Assembly (NCBI GenBank): GCA_964555685.1
Contig: CAZKTO010000004.1
Location: 10,858 to 74,857, forward strand
Direction of reading: 5' to 3'
DNA length: 64,000 nucleotides
Source: an uncultured Dehalococcoidia bacterium
GTDB taxonomy: Bacteria > Chloroflexota > Dehalococcoidia > SHYB01
The number at the start of each line of letters is the position of its first letter. Position 1 is the stretch's first letter. Below the pieces are notes generated by a model. That model saw nothing but the letters and a program-made list of their open reading frames with translations. It did no database searches and had not been told where the DNA came from. The translations under genes were made by a program, and so were the position numbers. Of the stretch, positions 1 to 10,631 are shown one piece after another.

Positions 1-173
1 CCGAGGTCGATATCGAACCGGGCGAGCAGGAAGACGATGAGCAGGACGGCGACGGCCAGGCTGATGAGGGTCGCGAGGGTGAGGGTGCGTCTCCGGATGG
101 ACGGCGGGCGGGCGCCGGTGGCTTCCAGGGCCTGCTCTGAGCCTGTGGAAGGGGTCTCGTCCTCGTTGGCCAT
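1..173 (-). CDS. 5' part of a membrane-protein gene that runs off the left edge (MANEDETPSTGSEQALEATGARPPSIRRRTLTLATLISLAVAVLLIVFLLARFDIDL...)
   Basis: Own minus-strand translation: ATG at 173..171, a polar head, then one clear hydrophobic helix. It starts 19 nt after the rsmG stop. It is absent from the ORF track because there is no stop inside the window. Confidence 0.45.
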   Translation of the reverse strand, partial: MANEDETPSTGSEQALEATGARPPSIRRRTLTLATLISLAVAVLLIVFLLARFDIDL

Positions 174-191
174 GTCCGGTGCCACGGCCTC

Positions 192-923
192 TCAGGACAG
201 GGGGCGCTTGGCCGGGACGCCGGCGCGGCGGGGGTAGGCGCCGGGCGTCGGCGCGACCTTGTCGATGAGGACGAGGATGCGTCCGTCCTCCAGGCCCGGC
301 GCGGCCACGGGCCGCGCCTCGCGCAGCCGCCCGCCGAGGAGTTCGATGGCCCGCCGGGCGCGCGTCAGCTCGCTCGCGATCTCCCCCTTCTTCATGGCGA
401 CGACGGTCCCGGCCACAGCGCAGAAGGGCAGCGTCAGCTCGGCCAGGGTGGGCATGGGCGCCAGCGCCCGCGCGACGACGATCTCGTAGGCCTCGCGCCG
501 CCCGGGATCCCGCGCCACGTCCTCGGCTCGCCCGGCGATGACCTCGACGCCCACAAGCTCCAGCTCAGCCACCACGTGCCGGAGGAAGGCGCACTTCTTC
601 CGCGTCGCCTCCAGGAGCGTTAGGAGCATGCCGGGGAAGGCGATCTTGAGGGGGATTCCGGGGAACCCGGCGCCGGCGCCCACGTCCAGCAGGCGCGCGG
701 AAGGGCCCAGCCGGCCGGGGAGGGCCAGGGCGACCGTGAGCGAGTCCAGGAAGTGCTTGGTCTGGATGTCGTCCCAGGAGTCGATGGCGGTGAGGTTCAT
801 GCGCCGGTTCCAGTCGAGGAGCGCGCGGCCGAAACGCTCGAACTGCTCGGCCTGGCGCGGGCTGAGGGCGACGCCGATCTTGGCGGCCCCGGCGAGGAGG
901 AGGTCCACGGTGGGCGTTTCCAT
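192..923 (-). CDS. rsmG: 16S rRNA (guanine527-N7)-methyltransferase RsmG/GidB
   Basis: 243-aa ORF. It has the typical RsmG N-terminus (...LLDWNRRMNLTAI...IQTKHFLDSL) and the SAM motif LLDVGAGAGFPGIPLKI. Confidence 0.9.
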   Translation of the reverse strand: METPTVDLLLAGAAKIGVALSPRQAEQFERFGRALLDWNRRMNLTAIDSWDDIQTKHFLDSLTVALALPGRLGPSARLLDVGAGAGFPGIPLKIAFPGMLLTLLEATRKKCAFLRHVVAELELVGVEVIAGRAEDVARDPGRREAYEIVVARALAPMPTLAELTLPFCAVAGTVVAMKKGEIASELTRARRAIELLGGRLREARPVAAPGLEDGRILVLIDKVAPTPGAYPRRAGVPAKRPLS

Positions 924-1022
924 CGATCGGCGGGGCCTCGGGCGGAGGGCCGGCCCCGACTCGTCGGGGCGAAGCGCCCAGGATTATAGCATGGGGTGCT
1001 GGTGGCGCCACGGCGCAGCGGG

Positions 1023-3605
1023 TCAGCTCAGCCAGAACGTGGAGCCCTCGGGCGTCCGCTCGACCTCGATGCGGGTGGGGAACTGCTCCTTGAGCTCGTC
1101 GATGTGGGTGATGACGATGATGCACGCGAAGTCGTCGCGGATGGCGTTGATGGCCTCGACGACCTTGTCGCGCCCGGCCGGGTCCTGGGTGCCGAAGCCC
1201 TCGTCGATGAAGAGCGTCGGCAGGGGGGCGCCGGCGCGCCGCGCCAGGAGGCGTGAGAGGGCGATGCGCAGGGCCAGGTTGATGCGGTAGGTCTCGCCAC
1301 CGCTGAAGGTCTCGTAGCTGCGGGTGTACTCCCCATCGTGGATGGCGATCTCCAGCGTCTCCTTGACGCCCTCCTTAGTCTTGTAGCCGGTCTGCGTATC
1401 GAGCTTCACGTGCATCCGGTTGTCTGTCATGCGGCCCAGGAGCCGGTTGGCCTCGTCCTCGATCTCCGGCAGGGCCGACTCGATGATGAGGGCCTGGAGA
1501 CCGCGGCCGCCGAAGGCGGTGGCGAGCTCGTCGTAGACGCCCAGCTCGTCGGCGGCGCGGGCGAGGCTCTCGCGGCGGGCGGCCCACTCGCGCTGGCGCT
1601 GATCGAGGAGGTCGAGGTCGCGGCGGGCGGCGCCCAGGGCCTGGCGCAGGCCGCCGGCCTGGGCCGAGGCGTCGCCCTGGCGCGCCTCGGCGGCCTCGAG
1701 CTCCCGCGCGATGGCCGGGAGGGAGGCGGTCTCCCGGGCGAGTCTCTCGGCATCGGCGCCCAGCCGCGAGGCCTCGGCGTCCAGGCGCTCGAGCTCGTCG
1801 TGGGCGTCGTGGAGGGCCGTCCGGTCCTGGGGGAGCCGGCGGCGCGCCTCGTCCAGGGCGCGGCGCCGCTCCTCGAAGGGCTGGAGGCGCACCCGCTCCG
1901 ACTCGGCGGCCTCGTGGGCCGCTCGGTCGTAGGCGAGGGCGGCGATGGCGGCCGTCACCCCCTCGAGGGCCTGCTGGTCGTCGCGAGCGAAGGCGCCCTC
2001 GGCGTGACGCCCGCGGGCCTCGGCGAGGGCGGCCTCGGTGCGCGGGAGCCCTTCCTGGGCTTGGGCGGCATCGCGGGCGGCGACCTCGCGCTCGGCGACG
2101 CGGGCCTGCAGCCGGGGCCGCTCGGCGCGGAGATGGGCCTCCAGGTCCCGGAGCTCGCGCTTGACGCGCGCCTCTGCTTCCTGGAGCCCTTGCTCCTCCG
2201 CTTGGTTCGCCCGGTGGGCGGCGGCCCGCTCCTCGCCCTGGCGCTGGTAGTCGGCGAGGACGTGCTCGCAGCGGTCCTGGCCCAGGTCGGTGCTGCAGAG
2301 GGGACAGGTCCCGTGGCCGGCCCGCAGGCGCTCCATATTCGCCTTGACCTGGTCCATCTCCTGGCGGAGCTGGTCGTTGGCGGCGCGCAGGCCGGTGGCG
2401 CGGATGAGCGCCGCCTCGGCCTCGCCTCGGAGGGTGGAGAGGCGCTGCTCGGAGGCGTCGAGGGCGGCGAGGGCCTCGCGGGCCTGGGCGAGCTCGGCGG
2501 AGAGGGCAGGGAGGGCCGAGGCCCGGTCCCGGGCATCGCCGAGCCGCGATTCGATGAGGCGAGCCTGGGTGGCGAGCTCGGCGCGCCGCCGCTCGATGGC
2601 GCGCTCCAGGTCGTTCTTGCGATGGACGAGGTCGAGGTAGGCCCTGGCGGCGGCATCCAGGCGCTCCTTGCGGGCGCGGGCGTCCGTCAGACGGCGGTGG
2701 CCATCGGCGATGGCGTCTTCCTCGGCGAGGACGGCCTCGGCGGCGGCCACATCGCGCTCCAGGGCAGCGGCCCCTGAGCGGAGGCGCCCGGTCCGCGGGC
2801 CCAGATCGGCCAGGCGGTGGCGGGCGTCGTCCAGCATGGCCTGCTTGAGGGCGAGGGCGTCGCGAGCGGCGCGGCGCTCCCGGGCCAGGGCCTGGGCGGC
2901 CTCGAGCTCGGCCTGGGCGGCATCGAGCGCGCGCTGGACCTCGGTGGCGCGGGCCTCGTACTCGGGGCGGCGGGCGAGCTCGGCCTCGTCCTCGGCGATG
3001 CGCTCCTCGAGGGCGTGGCGCTCGGTGCGCAGGCGCCGGGCCTTCTCGCGGGCGCGCTCCTCCAGACGGTCGTAGTAGGCGAGGTCGAGGATCTCGGCCA
3101 GCACCTGCTTGCGCTGGTCCGGCGGCTTGAGGGTGAACTCGTCGGCCCGGCCCTGGACGAGGAAGGCGCTGTTGGTGAAGGTCTTGTAGTCCATGCGCAG
3201 GAGCTCGATGATCTTACGCTGGGTCTCGCGGACGGTGTTGGCGGTGATGGGCCGGTAGGGCTCATCCGGCGGCTCCGCCCCGGTGGCGGCGTGGAGCTCG
3301 AGGACGGTCTTGCCGGCCCGTCGGCCCGCCGAGCGCTCGCGCTTGCGGACGACCCGGTAGCGATGCCCGCGGGCCAGGAACTCCAGCTCCACCTCCATCT
3401 CATCGCGCCCCAGGTTGATCAGGTCGTCGTCGGAGCGGGCGCGGGCCTCGCCCCAGAGGGCCCAGGTGATGGCGTCCAGGAGGGCCGATTTGCCGGCGCC
3501 GTTGGGGCCGCACAGGCAGGCGATGTGGATGTTATCCAGGAGGAGCGGCGGGACGTTGTCCCGGTAGCACATGAAGTTGCGGAGCCGGAGCTTGAGGGGG
3601 ATCAT
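1023..3605 (-). CDS. sbcC: SbcC/Rad50-family SMC-like ATPase (double-strand-break/hairpin nuclease subunit)
   Basis: N-terminal Walker A (CGPNGAGKSALLDAITWALWG), a very long Ala/Glu/Arg coiled coil with a central CxxC zinc hook (GTCPLCSTDL), and C-terminal signature/Walker B (FSGGETYRINLALR...LFIDEGFG). Start taken at MIPLKLRL (ATG at 3605). No sbcD is adjacent. Confidence 0.85.
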   Translation of the reverse strand: MIPLKLRLRNFMCYRDNVPPLLLDNIHIACLCGPNGAGKSALLDAITWALWGEARARSDDDLINLGRDEMEVELEFLARGHRYRVVRKRERSAGRRAGKTVLELHAATGAEPPDEPYRPITANTVRETQRKIIELLRMDYKTFTNSAFLVQGRADEFTLKPPDQRKQVLAEILDLAYYDRLEERAREKARRLRTERHALEERIAEDEAELARRPEYEARATEVQRALDAAQAELEAAQALARERRAARDALALKQAMLDDARHRLADLGPRTGRLRSGAAALERDVAAAEAVLAEEDAIADGHRRLTDARARKERLDAAARAYLDLVHRKNDLERAIERRRAELATQARLIESRLGDARDRASALPALSAELAQAREALAALDASEQRLSTLRGEAEAALIRATGLRAANDQLRQEMDQVKANMERLRAGHGTCPLCSTDLGQDRCEHVLADYQRQGEERAAAHRANQAEEQGLQEAEARVKRELRDLEAHLRAERPRLQARVAEREVAARDAAQAQEGLPRTEAALAEARGRHAEGAFARDDQQALEGVTAAIAALAYDRAAHEAAESERVRLQPFEERRRALDEARRRLPQDRTALHDAHDELERLDAEASRLGADAERLARETASLPAIARELEAAEARQGDASAQAGGLRQALGAARRDLDLLDQRQREWAARRESLARAADELGVYDELATAFGGRGLQALIIESALPEIEDEANRLLGRMTDNRMHVKLDTQTGYKTKEGVKETLEIAIHDGEYTRSYETFSGGETYRINLALRIALSRLLARRAGAPLPTLFIDEGFGTQDPAGRDKVVEAINAIRDDFACIIVITHIDELKEQFPTRIEVERTPEGSTFWLS

Positions 3606-3691
3606 GGCCTGCTCGGGGTGGTGACAAAGACGAACGCGGGGCGATTGTAGCACGGGCCCAACCCCGCCCCGACAAGTCGGGGTGCGCTGCC

Positions 3692-3744
3692 GCCCTCTCC
3701 CCCTGCCCCCTCTCCGGATCGGAGAGGGGGCAGGGGGAGAGGGC
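3692..3744. repeat. Perfect palindrome with 25-nt arms and a 3-nt centre (GCCCTCTCCCCCTGCCCCCTCTCCG gat CGGAGAGGGGGCAGGGGGAGAGGGC)
   Basis: Checked base by base. It lies in the divergent gap between sbcC and the mutase gene. The arm sequence is related to hairpin 1 of the type-A repeats. Confidence 0.95.
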
Positions 3745-3968
3745 AGGACCCCGCCGCTTGTAACCTGTCAGGGCGCTTTTAGGGGAGCGAGTCGGAGGGA
3801 GGGGGCCAAACCTGTTGCACCGGCCCTCCTTCATTGACACTCCTGCGGCCCGTTGGTAGACTAGCCCCAGCACCAGCCCTTCTCGATCATCGCCGGCCTC
3901 TTCCGGTCGCGGGCGACGCGCGGAGGGCGAGGAATCGCGGGGCCACCGGTCCAACGCTAGGGGGCCGA

Positions 3969-5657
<1,689 letters not shown>

Positions 5658-5703
5658 GCCGGCGCCAGCGCCATCCCCGCGATCGGTCACTGAGGAGGGT
5701 GCC

Positions 5704-6888
5704 ATGAAGATGACTCTGTCCATCCTGAAGGCCGATGTGGGCTCCATCGGCGGCCACACCAAGCCCTCGGCCAAGATGCTCGAGGCCGTTCGCAGCGCTG
5801 TCTGGGAGGCCCGCGGCAAGGGGCTCCTCGCCGATGGCTTCGTCTCCCACACGGGCGACGACATCGCTATCGTCTGCTCGCACCGGCGGGGCGTCAACGA
5901 CCAGGACATCCACCAGTTCGCCTGGAAGGCCTTTATCGATGCCACGGGCATCGCGGCGGCCCACGGGCTGTATGGGGCCGGCCAGGACCTGCTGGTCGAT
6001 GCGCCCAGCGGCAATATCCGCGGCGCCGGCCCCGCCGTGGCCGAAATCGAGTTCGAGCACAACCCGGTCAAGACCAACAAGGTCCGCCCCGCCGAGTCCT
6101 TCATGGTCTTCGCCGCCGACAAGTGCGGCCCCGGCGCCTACAACCTTCCCCTCTTCCTCACCTTCGCCGACCCCATGTACTGTGCCGGCCTCATGCTCCC
6201 TAAGATGATCAAGGGCTTCACCTTCCGCATCATCGACATGAACAACACCGCCGGCGATAGCGTCATCGAGCTCAGCGCCCCTGAGGACTCCTACCACATC
6301 GCGATGCTGCTCCGGGACAACGAGCGCTTCGCCATCGAGTCCATCACCTCCCGCACCGATGGCGAATGGGCCGTCTCCATCTCCGCCACGCGCCTCCACA
6401 ACATCGCCGGCGCCTACACCGGCAAGGACGATCCGGTGGCCCTCGTCCGCAACCAGGGCCTCTTCCCGGCGCCGGAGGAGATCCTCTCGGCGTTCACCAA
6501 GGCCCACTACGTCGGCGGCGACGCCCGGGGCTCCCACGTCATGCCCCTTATGCCGGTGGCCATAAACACGCCCGTCACCGGCATCTACTGCCTGCCCATC
6601 GTCTCCTGCGTCGGCTTCTCGCTGGACGCCGCGGGCAACTTCGCCGACAGCTTCTGCGACTTCTTCGACAACGTGGCGTGGGACGCCGTGCGCCTCAAGG
6701 CCCAGGAGAAGGCCCTCGCCATGCGCGAGCAGGGCTGGTCCGGCGTCGCCATGCTCCCCTACGACGAGCTGGAGTACAGCGGCTTCCGCCAGACGATGGA
6801 TGGCCTCCTCAAGCGATTCAGCGTGCCCCAGGACGGCCGGGGCAAGGTCATGAAGGGCGCCTCCGTCGAGACGGCGGCCAAGCGGTAG
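5704..6888 (+). CDS. Bifunctional fructose-1,6-bisphosphate aldolase/phosphatase (class V, archaeal-type FBPase)
   Basis: MKMTLSILKADVGSIGGHTKPS... is the characteristic N-terminus of this family. The length (~394 aa) fits, and GAGGAGG lies just upstream of ATG 5704. Confidence 0.85.
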   Translation: MKMTLSILKADVGSIGGHTKPSAKMLEAVRSAVWEARGKGLLADGFVSHTGDDIAIVCSHRRGVNDQDIHQFAWKAFIDATGIAAAHGLYGAGQDLLVDAPSGNIRGAGPAVAEIEFEHNPVKTNKVRPAESFMVFAADKCGPGAYNLPLFLTFADPMYCAGLMLPKMIKGFTFRIIDMNNTAGDSVIELSAPEDSYHIAMLLRDNERFAIESITSRTDGEWAVSISATRLHNIAGAYTGKDDPVALVRNQGLFPAPEEILSAFTKAHYVGGDARGSHVMPLMPVAINTPVTGIYCLPIVSCVGFSLDAAGNFADSFCDFFDNVAWDAVRLKAQEKALAMREQGWSGVAMLPYDELEYSGFRQTMDGLLKRFSVPQDGRGKVMKGASVETAAKR

Positions 6889-7012
6889 GGCCTGAGCCCT
6901 TCAGGGTGCTGAGAAAGAGGTGTGCAGAGGGGCCAAGCCCCTTTGCCGGGGGTTAAAGGGGGTGTCTTTCAGCATCCTGCTAAGGCCTGCCCATCCCTGC
7001 GTGAGATGAGCC

Positions 7013-7267
7013 ATGAAGCATGTCGGCCTGTCCGGTCTCGACGCCCTAGACGATGTCCTGAGCGCGTTGCGGGCCTTTCCCCAACTGAAAGAAAAGAAGC
7101 GTGGGATTTTCTACCGGAAGTCCATCGCCTTCCTGCACTTTCACGAAGACCCCTCCGGCCTCTATGCCGACGTAAAGAACGGAGAGGACTTTGAACAGGT
7201 TCCGGTAAGTACACCGCAGCAACGCCAGGCGCTTCTCAAATGTGTGGGACGCCTGCTATCTCGCTAG
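7013..7267 (+). CDS. Hypothetical 84-aa protein, visibly AT-richer than its neighbours
   Basis: The ORF alone. The composition differs from flanking genes and no family was confidently recognised. Confidence 0.45.
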   Translation: MKHVGLSGLDALDDVLSALRAFPQLKEKKRGIFYRKSIAFLHFHEDPSGLYADVKNGEDFEQVPVSTPQQRQALLKCVGRLLSR

Positions 7268-7321
7268 ATTGGGTTTCGTGGAATTGGCTATGATTGGGAT
7301 GCACGGCTAGGGGCGCTGAAT

Positions 7322-7473
7322 GAAGCTTCCCGCAGCTTGCTGCGGGGCTTCTGGTGTCCGAACAATCGTGATCACAGCAGGAAGAGTATGGCCCTCTCCC
7401 TCCTGTCCCTCTCCTGCAAGGAGAGGGACGATACCCCCTTCCTCTTTAGGCAAGGGGGCCAGGCGGTTAGGGC
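7322..7473 (+). repeat. Composite repeat: GAAGC..CCGCAGCTTGCTGCGG..CTTC hairpin plus a type-A bipartite element (7391..7473)
   Basis: Near-identical inverted copy at 62312..62464. The type-A core is also close to the 18130..18215 copy. Confidence 0.85.
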
Positions 7474-7586
7474 TCAAGCCCCATCCAAATCCGTGCGAAT
7501 CTGCGTAATCTGCGGATCGAGCGCCATTTCCGCCGTTAGGGTAGACTAGGGCGTTGTGGGCTGCGCGAGCCCTTCACAGGCGCACC

Positions 7587-8624
7587 ATGCCAACCAAAAC
7601 CGCTGATAGAACCGGGACCACCCTCGACCGCCTCGGGCGGCCGCTGCACGACCTGCGCATCTCGGTCACGGACCGGTGCAACTTCCGCTGCACCTACTGC
7701 ATGCCCGCCGAGGTCTACGGCGAGCGCTACGAGTTCCTCCCCAAGCGCGAGATCCTCACCTACGAGGAGATCGCCCGCGTCGCCCGGCTCTTCGTCCGGC
7801 TGGGCACGCGCAAGATCAGGCTCACGGGCGGTGAGCCCCTGGTCCGCGAGGGCCTCGAGCGCCTGGTCGCCCTGCTGGCGCCCATCGAGGGCCTGGAAGA
7901 CCTGGCCGTGACCACCAACGGCTACCTCCTGGCCGCCAAGGCCCGCGCCCTCAAGGACGCCGGGCTCCAGCGCATCACGGTGAGCCTGGACACGCTGGAC
8001 GACGCCATCTTCGGCCAGATGAACGGCCGCGGCTTCGGCGTCCAGCGCGTGCTGGAGGGGATCGAGGCGGCCCGGGAGGCGGGCATGACGCCCGTCAAGG
8101 TGGACGCCGTCGTCCAGCGGGGCGTCAACGATCACACCCTCGCCGGCCTGGCCCGCCACTTCAAGGGGACGGGCGTCATCGTCCGCTTCATCGAGTTCAT
8201 GGACGTGGGCAACCTCAACGGCTGGCGCCTCGACCAGGTCGTCCCGTCAGCGGAGGTCGTGGCCCGCATCAACGCCGTCTTTCCCATCGAGCCCGCCGAG
8301 CCCAACTACTTCGGCGAGGTGGCCGAGCGCTGGCGCTACCGGGACGGCTCGGGCGAGATCGGCGTCATCTCATCGGTGACGCAGCCCTTCTGCCATAGCT
8401 GCACGCGCGCGCGGCTTTCGCCCAAGGGCGAGGTCTACACCTGCCTCTTCGGTACCCAGGGGCGCGACGTGCGCGGGCCGCTGCGCGCTGGGGCCTCGGA
8501 CGACGACCTGCTCTCGCTCCTCTCCGGCGTCTGGGCCGCCCGGACCGACCGCTACTCCGAAATCCGCGCCTCCCTCACGCGGCCCGCCGGCAAGAAGATC
8601 GAGATGTACCAGATCGGCGGGTAG
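7587..8624 (+). CDS. moaA: GTP 3',8-cyclase MoaA (radical SAM, molybdopterin biosynthesis)
   Basis: [18 protein letters not shown] (CxxxCxxC), LTGGEPLVR, and the C-terminal second-cluster cysteines ([20 protein letters not shown]). Confidence 0.9.
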   Translation: MPTKTADRTGTTLDRLGRPLHDLRISVTDRCNFRCTYCMPAEVYGERYEFLPKREILTYEEIARVARLFVRLGTRKIRLTGGEPLVREGLERLVALLAPIEGLEDLAVTTNGYLLAAKARALKDAGLQRITVSLDTLDDAIFGQMNGRGFGVQRVLEGIEAAREAGMTPVKVDAVVQRGVNDHTLAGLARHFKGTGVIVRFIEFMDVGNLNGWRLDQVVPSAEVVARINAVFPIEPAEPNYFGEVAERWRYRDGSGEIGVISSVTQPFCHSCTRARLSPKGEVYTCLFGTQGRDVRGPLRAGASDDDLLSLLSGVWAARTDRYSEIRASLTRPAGKKIEMYQIGG

Positions 8625-8651
8625 CCGGGTGGTGAGGCGACCTGCGGATTC

Positions 8652-8688
8652 ACCCCTTCCCTGTAGGGAAGGGGCCGGGGGTTAGGTC
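8652..8688 (+). repeat. Half type-A element (hairpin 2 plus the GGGGGTTAGG end)
   Basis: ACCCCTTCCCtgtaGGGAAGGGGCCGGGGGTTAGGTC matches the right half of the full copies. Confidence 0.7.
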
Positions 8689-8869
8689 ATCGGCAGCAAA
8701 CTCCTCATCGCCACCACGAACAAAGGCAAGCTCCGCCCCCTTTGTGTCATTGCGAGGAGTCCCGATGCAATCGGGACAGAGCCTGCCCCGAGTCTTTCCG
8801 AGGGGTGGCAATCTCGGCCGTCGTCATGCTGAAACTTCTCATCGCCACCACCAACAAAGGCAAGCTCCG
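8686..8869 (+). repeat. ~50-bp direct duplication of the rdgB 5' end (8686..8735 and 8820..8869) bracketing an 84-bp CATTGCGAG-type hairpin insert (8736..8819)
   Basis: AAACTCCTCATCGCCACCACGAACAAAGGCAAGCTCCG versus AAACTTCTCATCGCCACCACCAACAAAGGCAAGCTCCG (36/38 identical), plus weaker similarity over the 12 nt upstream. Confidence 0.85.
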
Positions 8870-9443
8870 TGAGTACGCCGAGATGGCGCGGGGCCTCCCC
8901 GTCGAGCCCGTCACCCTCGCCGAGGCCGGCATCGAGGCGGACGTGGAGGAGACGGGCGCCACCATCGCCGAGAACGCCGTGCTCAAGGCCCGCGAGTACG
9001 CCCGCCGCTCGGGGATGCTTACCCTGGCCGACGACTCGGGCCTCGAGGTCGACGCCCTGGGCGGCGAGCCCGGCCCCCGCTCGGCCCGCTACGCCGGCGA
9101 GGGCGCCTCCGACGAGGAGCGCGTCCGCTATCTGCTTCAACAGCTCGCGGGCGTGCCCGAGGGGCGGCGAGGGGCCCGCTTCCGCTGCGTCATCGCCGTC
9201 GCCACGCCCGATCTCGAGGTGCGGACCAGCGAGGGCACCTGCGAGGGCGTGATCGCCCGCGAGCCACGGGGCCAGGGCGGCTTCGGCTACGACCCCGTCT
9301 TCTTCCTCCCCGAGCTGGGGCGGCACATGGCCGAGTTCCCCCTGGACGAGAAGAACCGCATCAGCCACCGGGGCCGGGCTATGGCCGGCGCGCGGGCGAT
9401 TGTCGCGGAGTTGGCGAAGCGCCAAGATCGACTTGTACGCTAG
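8826..9443 (+). CDS. rdgB: dITP/XTP pyrophosphatase RdgB (HAM1 family)
   Basis: MLKLLIATTNKGKLREY..., LADDSGLEVDALGGEPG.RSARY, GFGYDPVF and ISHRG motifs. Confidence 0.9.
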   Translation: MLKLLIATTNKGKLREYAEMARGLPVEPVTLAEAGIEADVEETGATIAENAVLKAREYARRSGMLTLADDSGLEVDALGGEPGPRSARYAGEGASDEERVRYLLQQLAGVPEGRRGARFRCVIAVATPDLEVRTSEGTCEGVIAREPRGQGGFGYDPVFFLPELGRHMAEFPLDEKNRISHRGRAMAGARAIVAELAKRQDRLVR

Positions 9444-9467
9444 CCAGGGCAGACGTAACCTGAAGCT

Positions 9468-10466
9468 ATGATCGAGATCTACACGGACGGGGCGTGCCTC
9501 AATAACCCCAAGGGCCCCGGCGGCTGGGCGGCCATCGTCATCGAGGACAGACGCCGGACCGCCTACTCCGGCGGGCCCATCCAGGGGACGACGAACCAGC
9601 GCATGGAGGTCCAGGCCGCCATCGAGGGGCTCTCGCGCACGGCCCCGGGCTCGCTTGTGACCGTCTACAGCGATAGCGAGTACCTAGTCAACACCATGAC
9701 CAAGGGCTGGAAGCGGCGCGTCAACCTCGACCTGTGGGCCAAGCTCGATGCGCTGGTGGCCGAGCGCCAGGCCGGCTTCCAGTGGGTCAAAGGCCACGAC
9801 GGTCACCCCGTCCAGGAGGAGGCCGACCGCCTGGCCACCAGCCGCGCCGCCGGCAGGGGCGCCGCCAACCCCGACGCGTCGGGGTCCCTTGGCTCGAGCG
9901 AGCACGCTTCGCCTGCCGATGCTGCGCGGGGCTCGCATCGACCTCACCCCACCCCGACAGGCCGGGGCTCCGCCGCGGCTGGCGCAGGACGCCCCGCCCT
10001 CTCCCACGTGGACGAGCAGGGCCGCGCCCGTATGGTCGACATCTCCGCCAAGGCCGATAGCGAGCGCGTCGCCATCGCCAAGGGGCGCGTCGTCATGGCC
10101 CCCGAGACGCTGGCCCTCATCCGGTCGGGCAAAACGGCCAAGGGCGACGTCCTGGCCGTCGCGCGCGTGGCTGGCGTCATGGGCGCCAAGCGCACCCCAG
10201 ACCTCATCCCCCTCTGCCACCCGCTGCTCCTGACCGGCATCGCCGTCGACTTCGCGTTCGACGAGGCCCAAAGCGCCATCGAGATCACGGCTACGGTCAG
10301 GACCACGGGCAAGACGGGCGTGGAGATGGAGGCGATGACCGCCGTTTTGGTCAGCGCCCTGACTATCTACGACATGGCCAAGGCCGCCGACCGCCGCATG
10401 CGCATCGAGGCCGTGCGCCTGGTGCGCAAGAGCGGCGGCAAGAGCGGCGAGATCGTGCTGGAGTAG
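9468..10466 (+). CDS. Single ORF fusing ribonuclease HI (aa ~1-130) to cyclic pyranopterin monophosphate synthase MoaC (aa ~178-332)
   Basis: RNase H catalytic-residue contexts are present ([27 protein letters not shown]). A ~45-aa Gly/Ala/Pro/Ser linker follows, then MoaC ([18 protein letters not shown]...IPLCHPL...[10 protein letters not shown]...IYDMAKA). Confidence 0.85.
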   Translation: MIEIYTDGACLNNPKGPGGWAAIVIEDRRRTAYSGGPIQGTTNQRMEVQAAIEGLSRTAPGSLVTVYSDSEYLVNTMTKGWKRRVNLDLWAKLDALVAERQAGFQWVKGHDGHPVQEEADRLATSRAAGRGAANPDASGSLGSSEHASPADAARGSHRPHPTPTGRGSAAAGAGRPALSHVDEQGRARMVDISAKADSERVAIAKGRVVMAPETLALIRSGKTAKGDVLAVARVAGVMGAKRTPDLIPLCHPLLLTGIAVDFAFDEAQSAIEITATVRTTGKTGVEMEAMTAVLVSALTIYDMAKAADRRMRIEAVRLVRKSGGKSGEIVLE

Positions 10467-10471
10467 CCGGC

Positions 10472-10627
10472 GTGCCGGCGCGGCTGCGGATGTGGCTGTC
10501 GCTCGCCGCCGCGTGGGGCGCGGCCCTGGCCGCCCTCTACCTGCACCCGGCGCTCTGGGCCCTCTTCGCGCTGGTGCTCGGCGCCCTCGTCTACGAGCGG
10601 GCCCGCGCCTGGGGGTCCGGCCGCTAG
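10472..10627 (+). CDS. Possible 51-aa two-helix membrane peptide (VPARLRMWLSLAAAWGAALAALYLHPALWALFALVLGALVYERARAWGSGR)
   Basis: Own translation. It is below the 60-aa cut-off of the ORF track. Support is its hydrophobicity and GC3-rich codons only. The alternative ATG is at 10490. Confidence 0.3.
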   Translation: MPARLRMWLSLAAAWGAALAALYLHPALWALFALVLGALVYERARAWGSGR

Positions 10628-10631
10628 TGGC

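Noticed and set aside
7474-7586. Moco riboswitch or another leader RNA upstream of moaA.
   Set aside because: I could not recognise the conserved Moco-motif features by eye. The region instead contains a common AATCTGCGTAATCTGCGGAT-type dispersed repeat. A covariance-model search would be needed to settle it.
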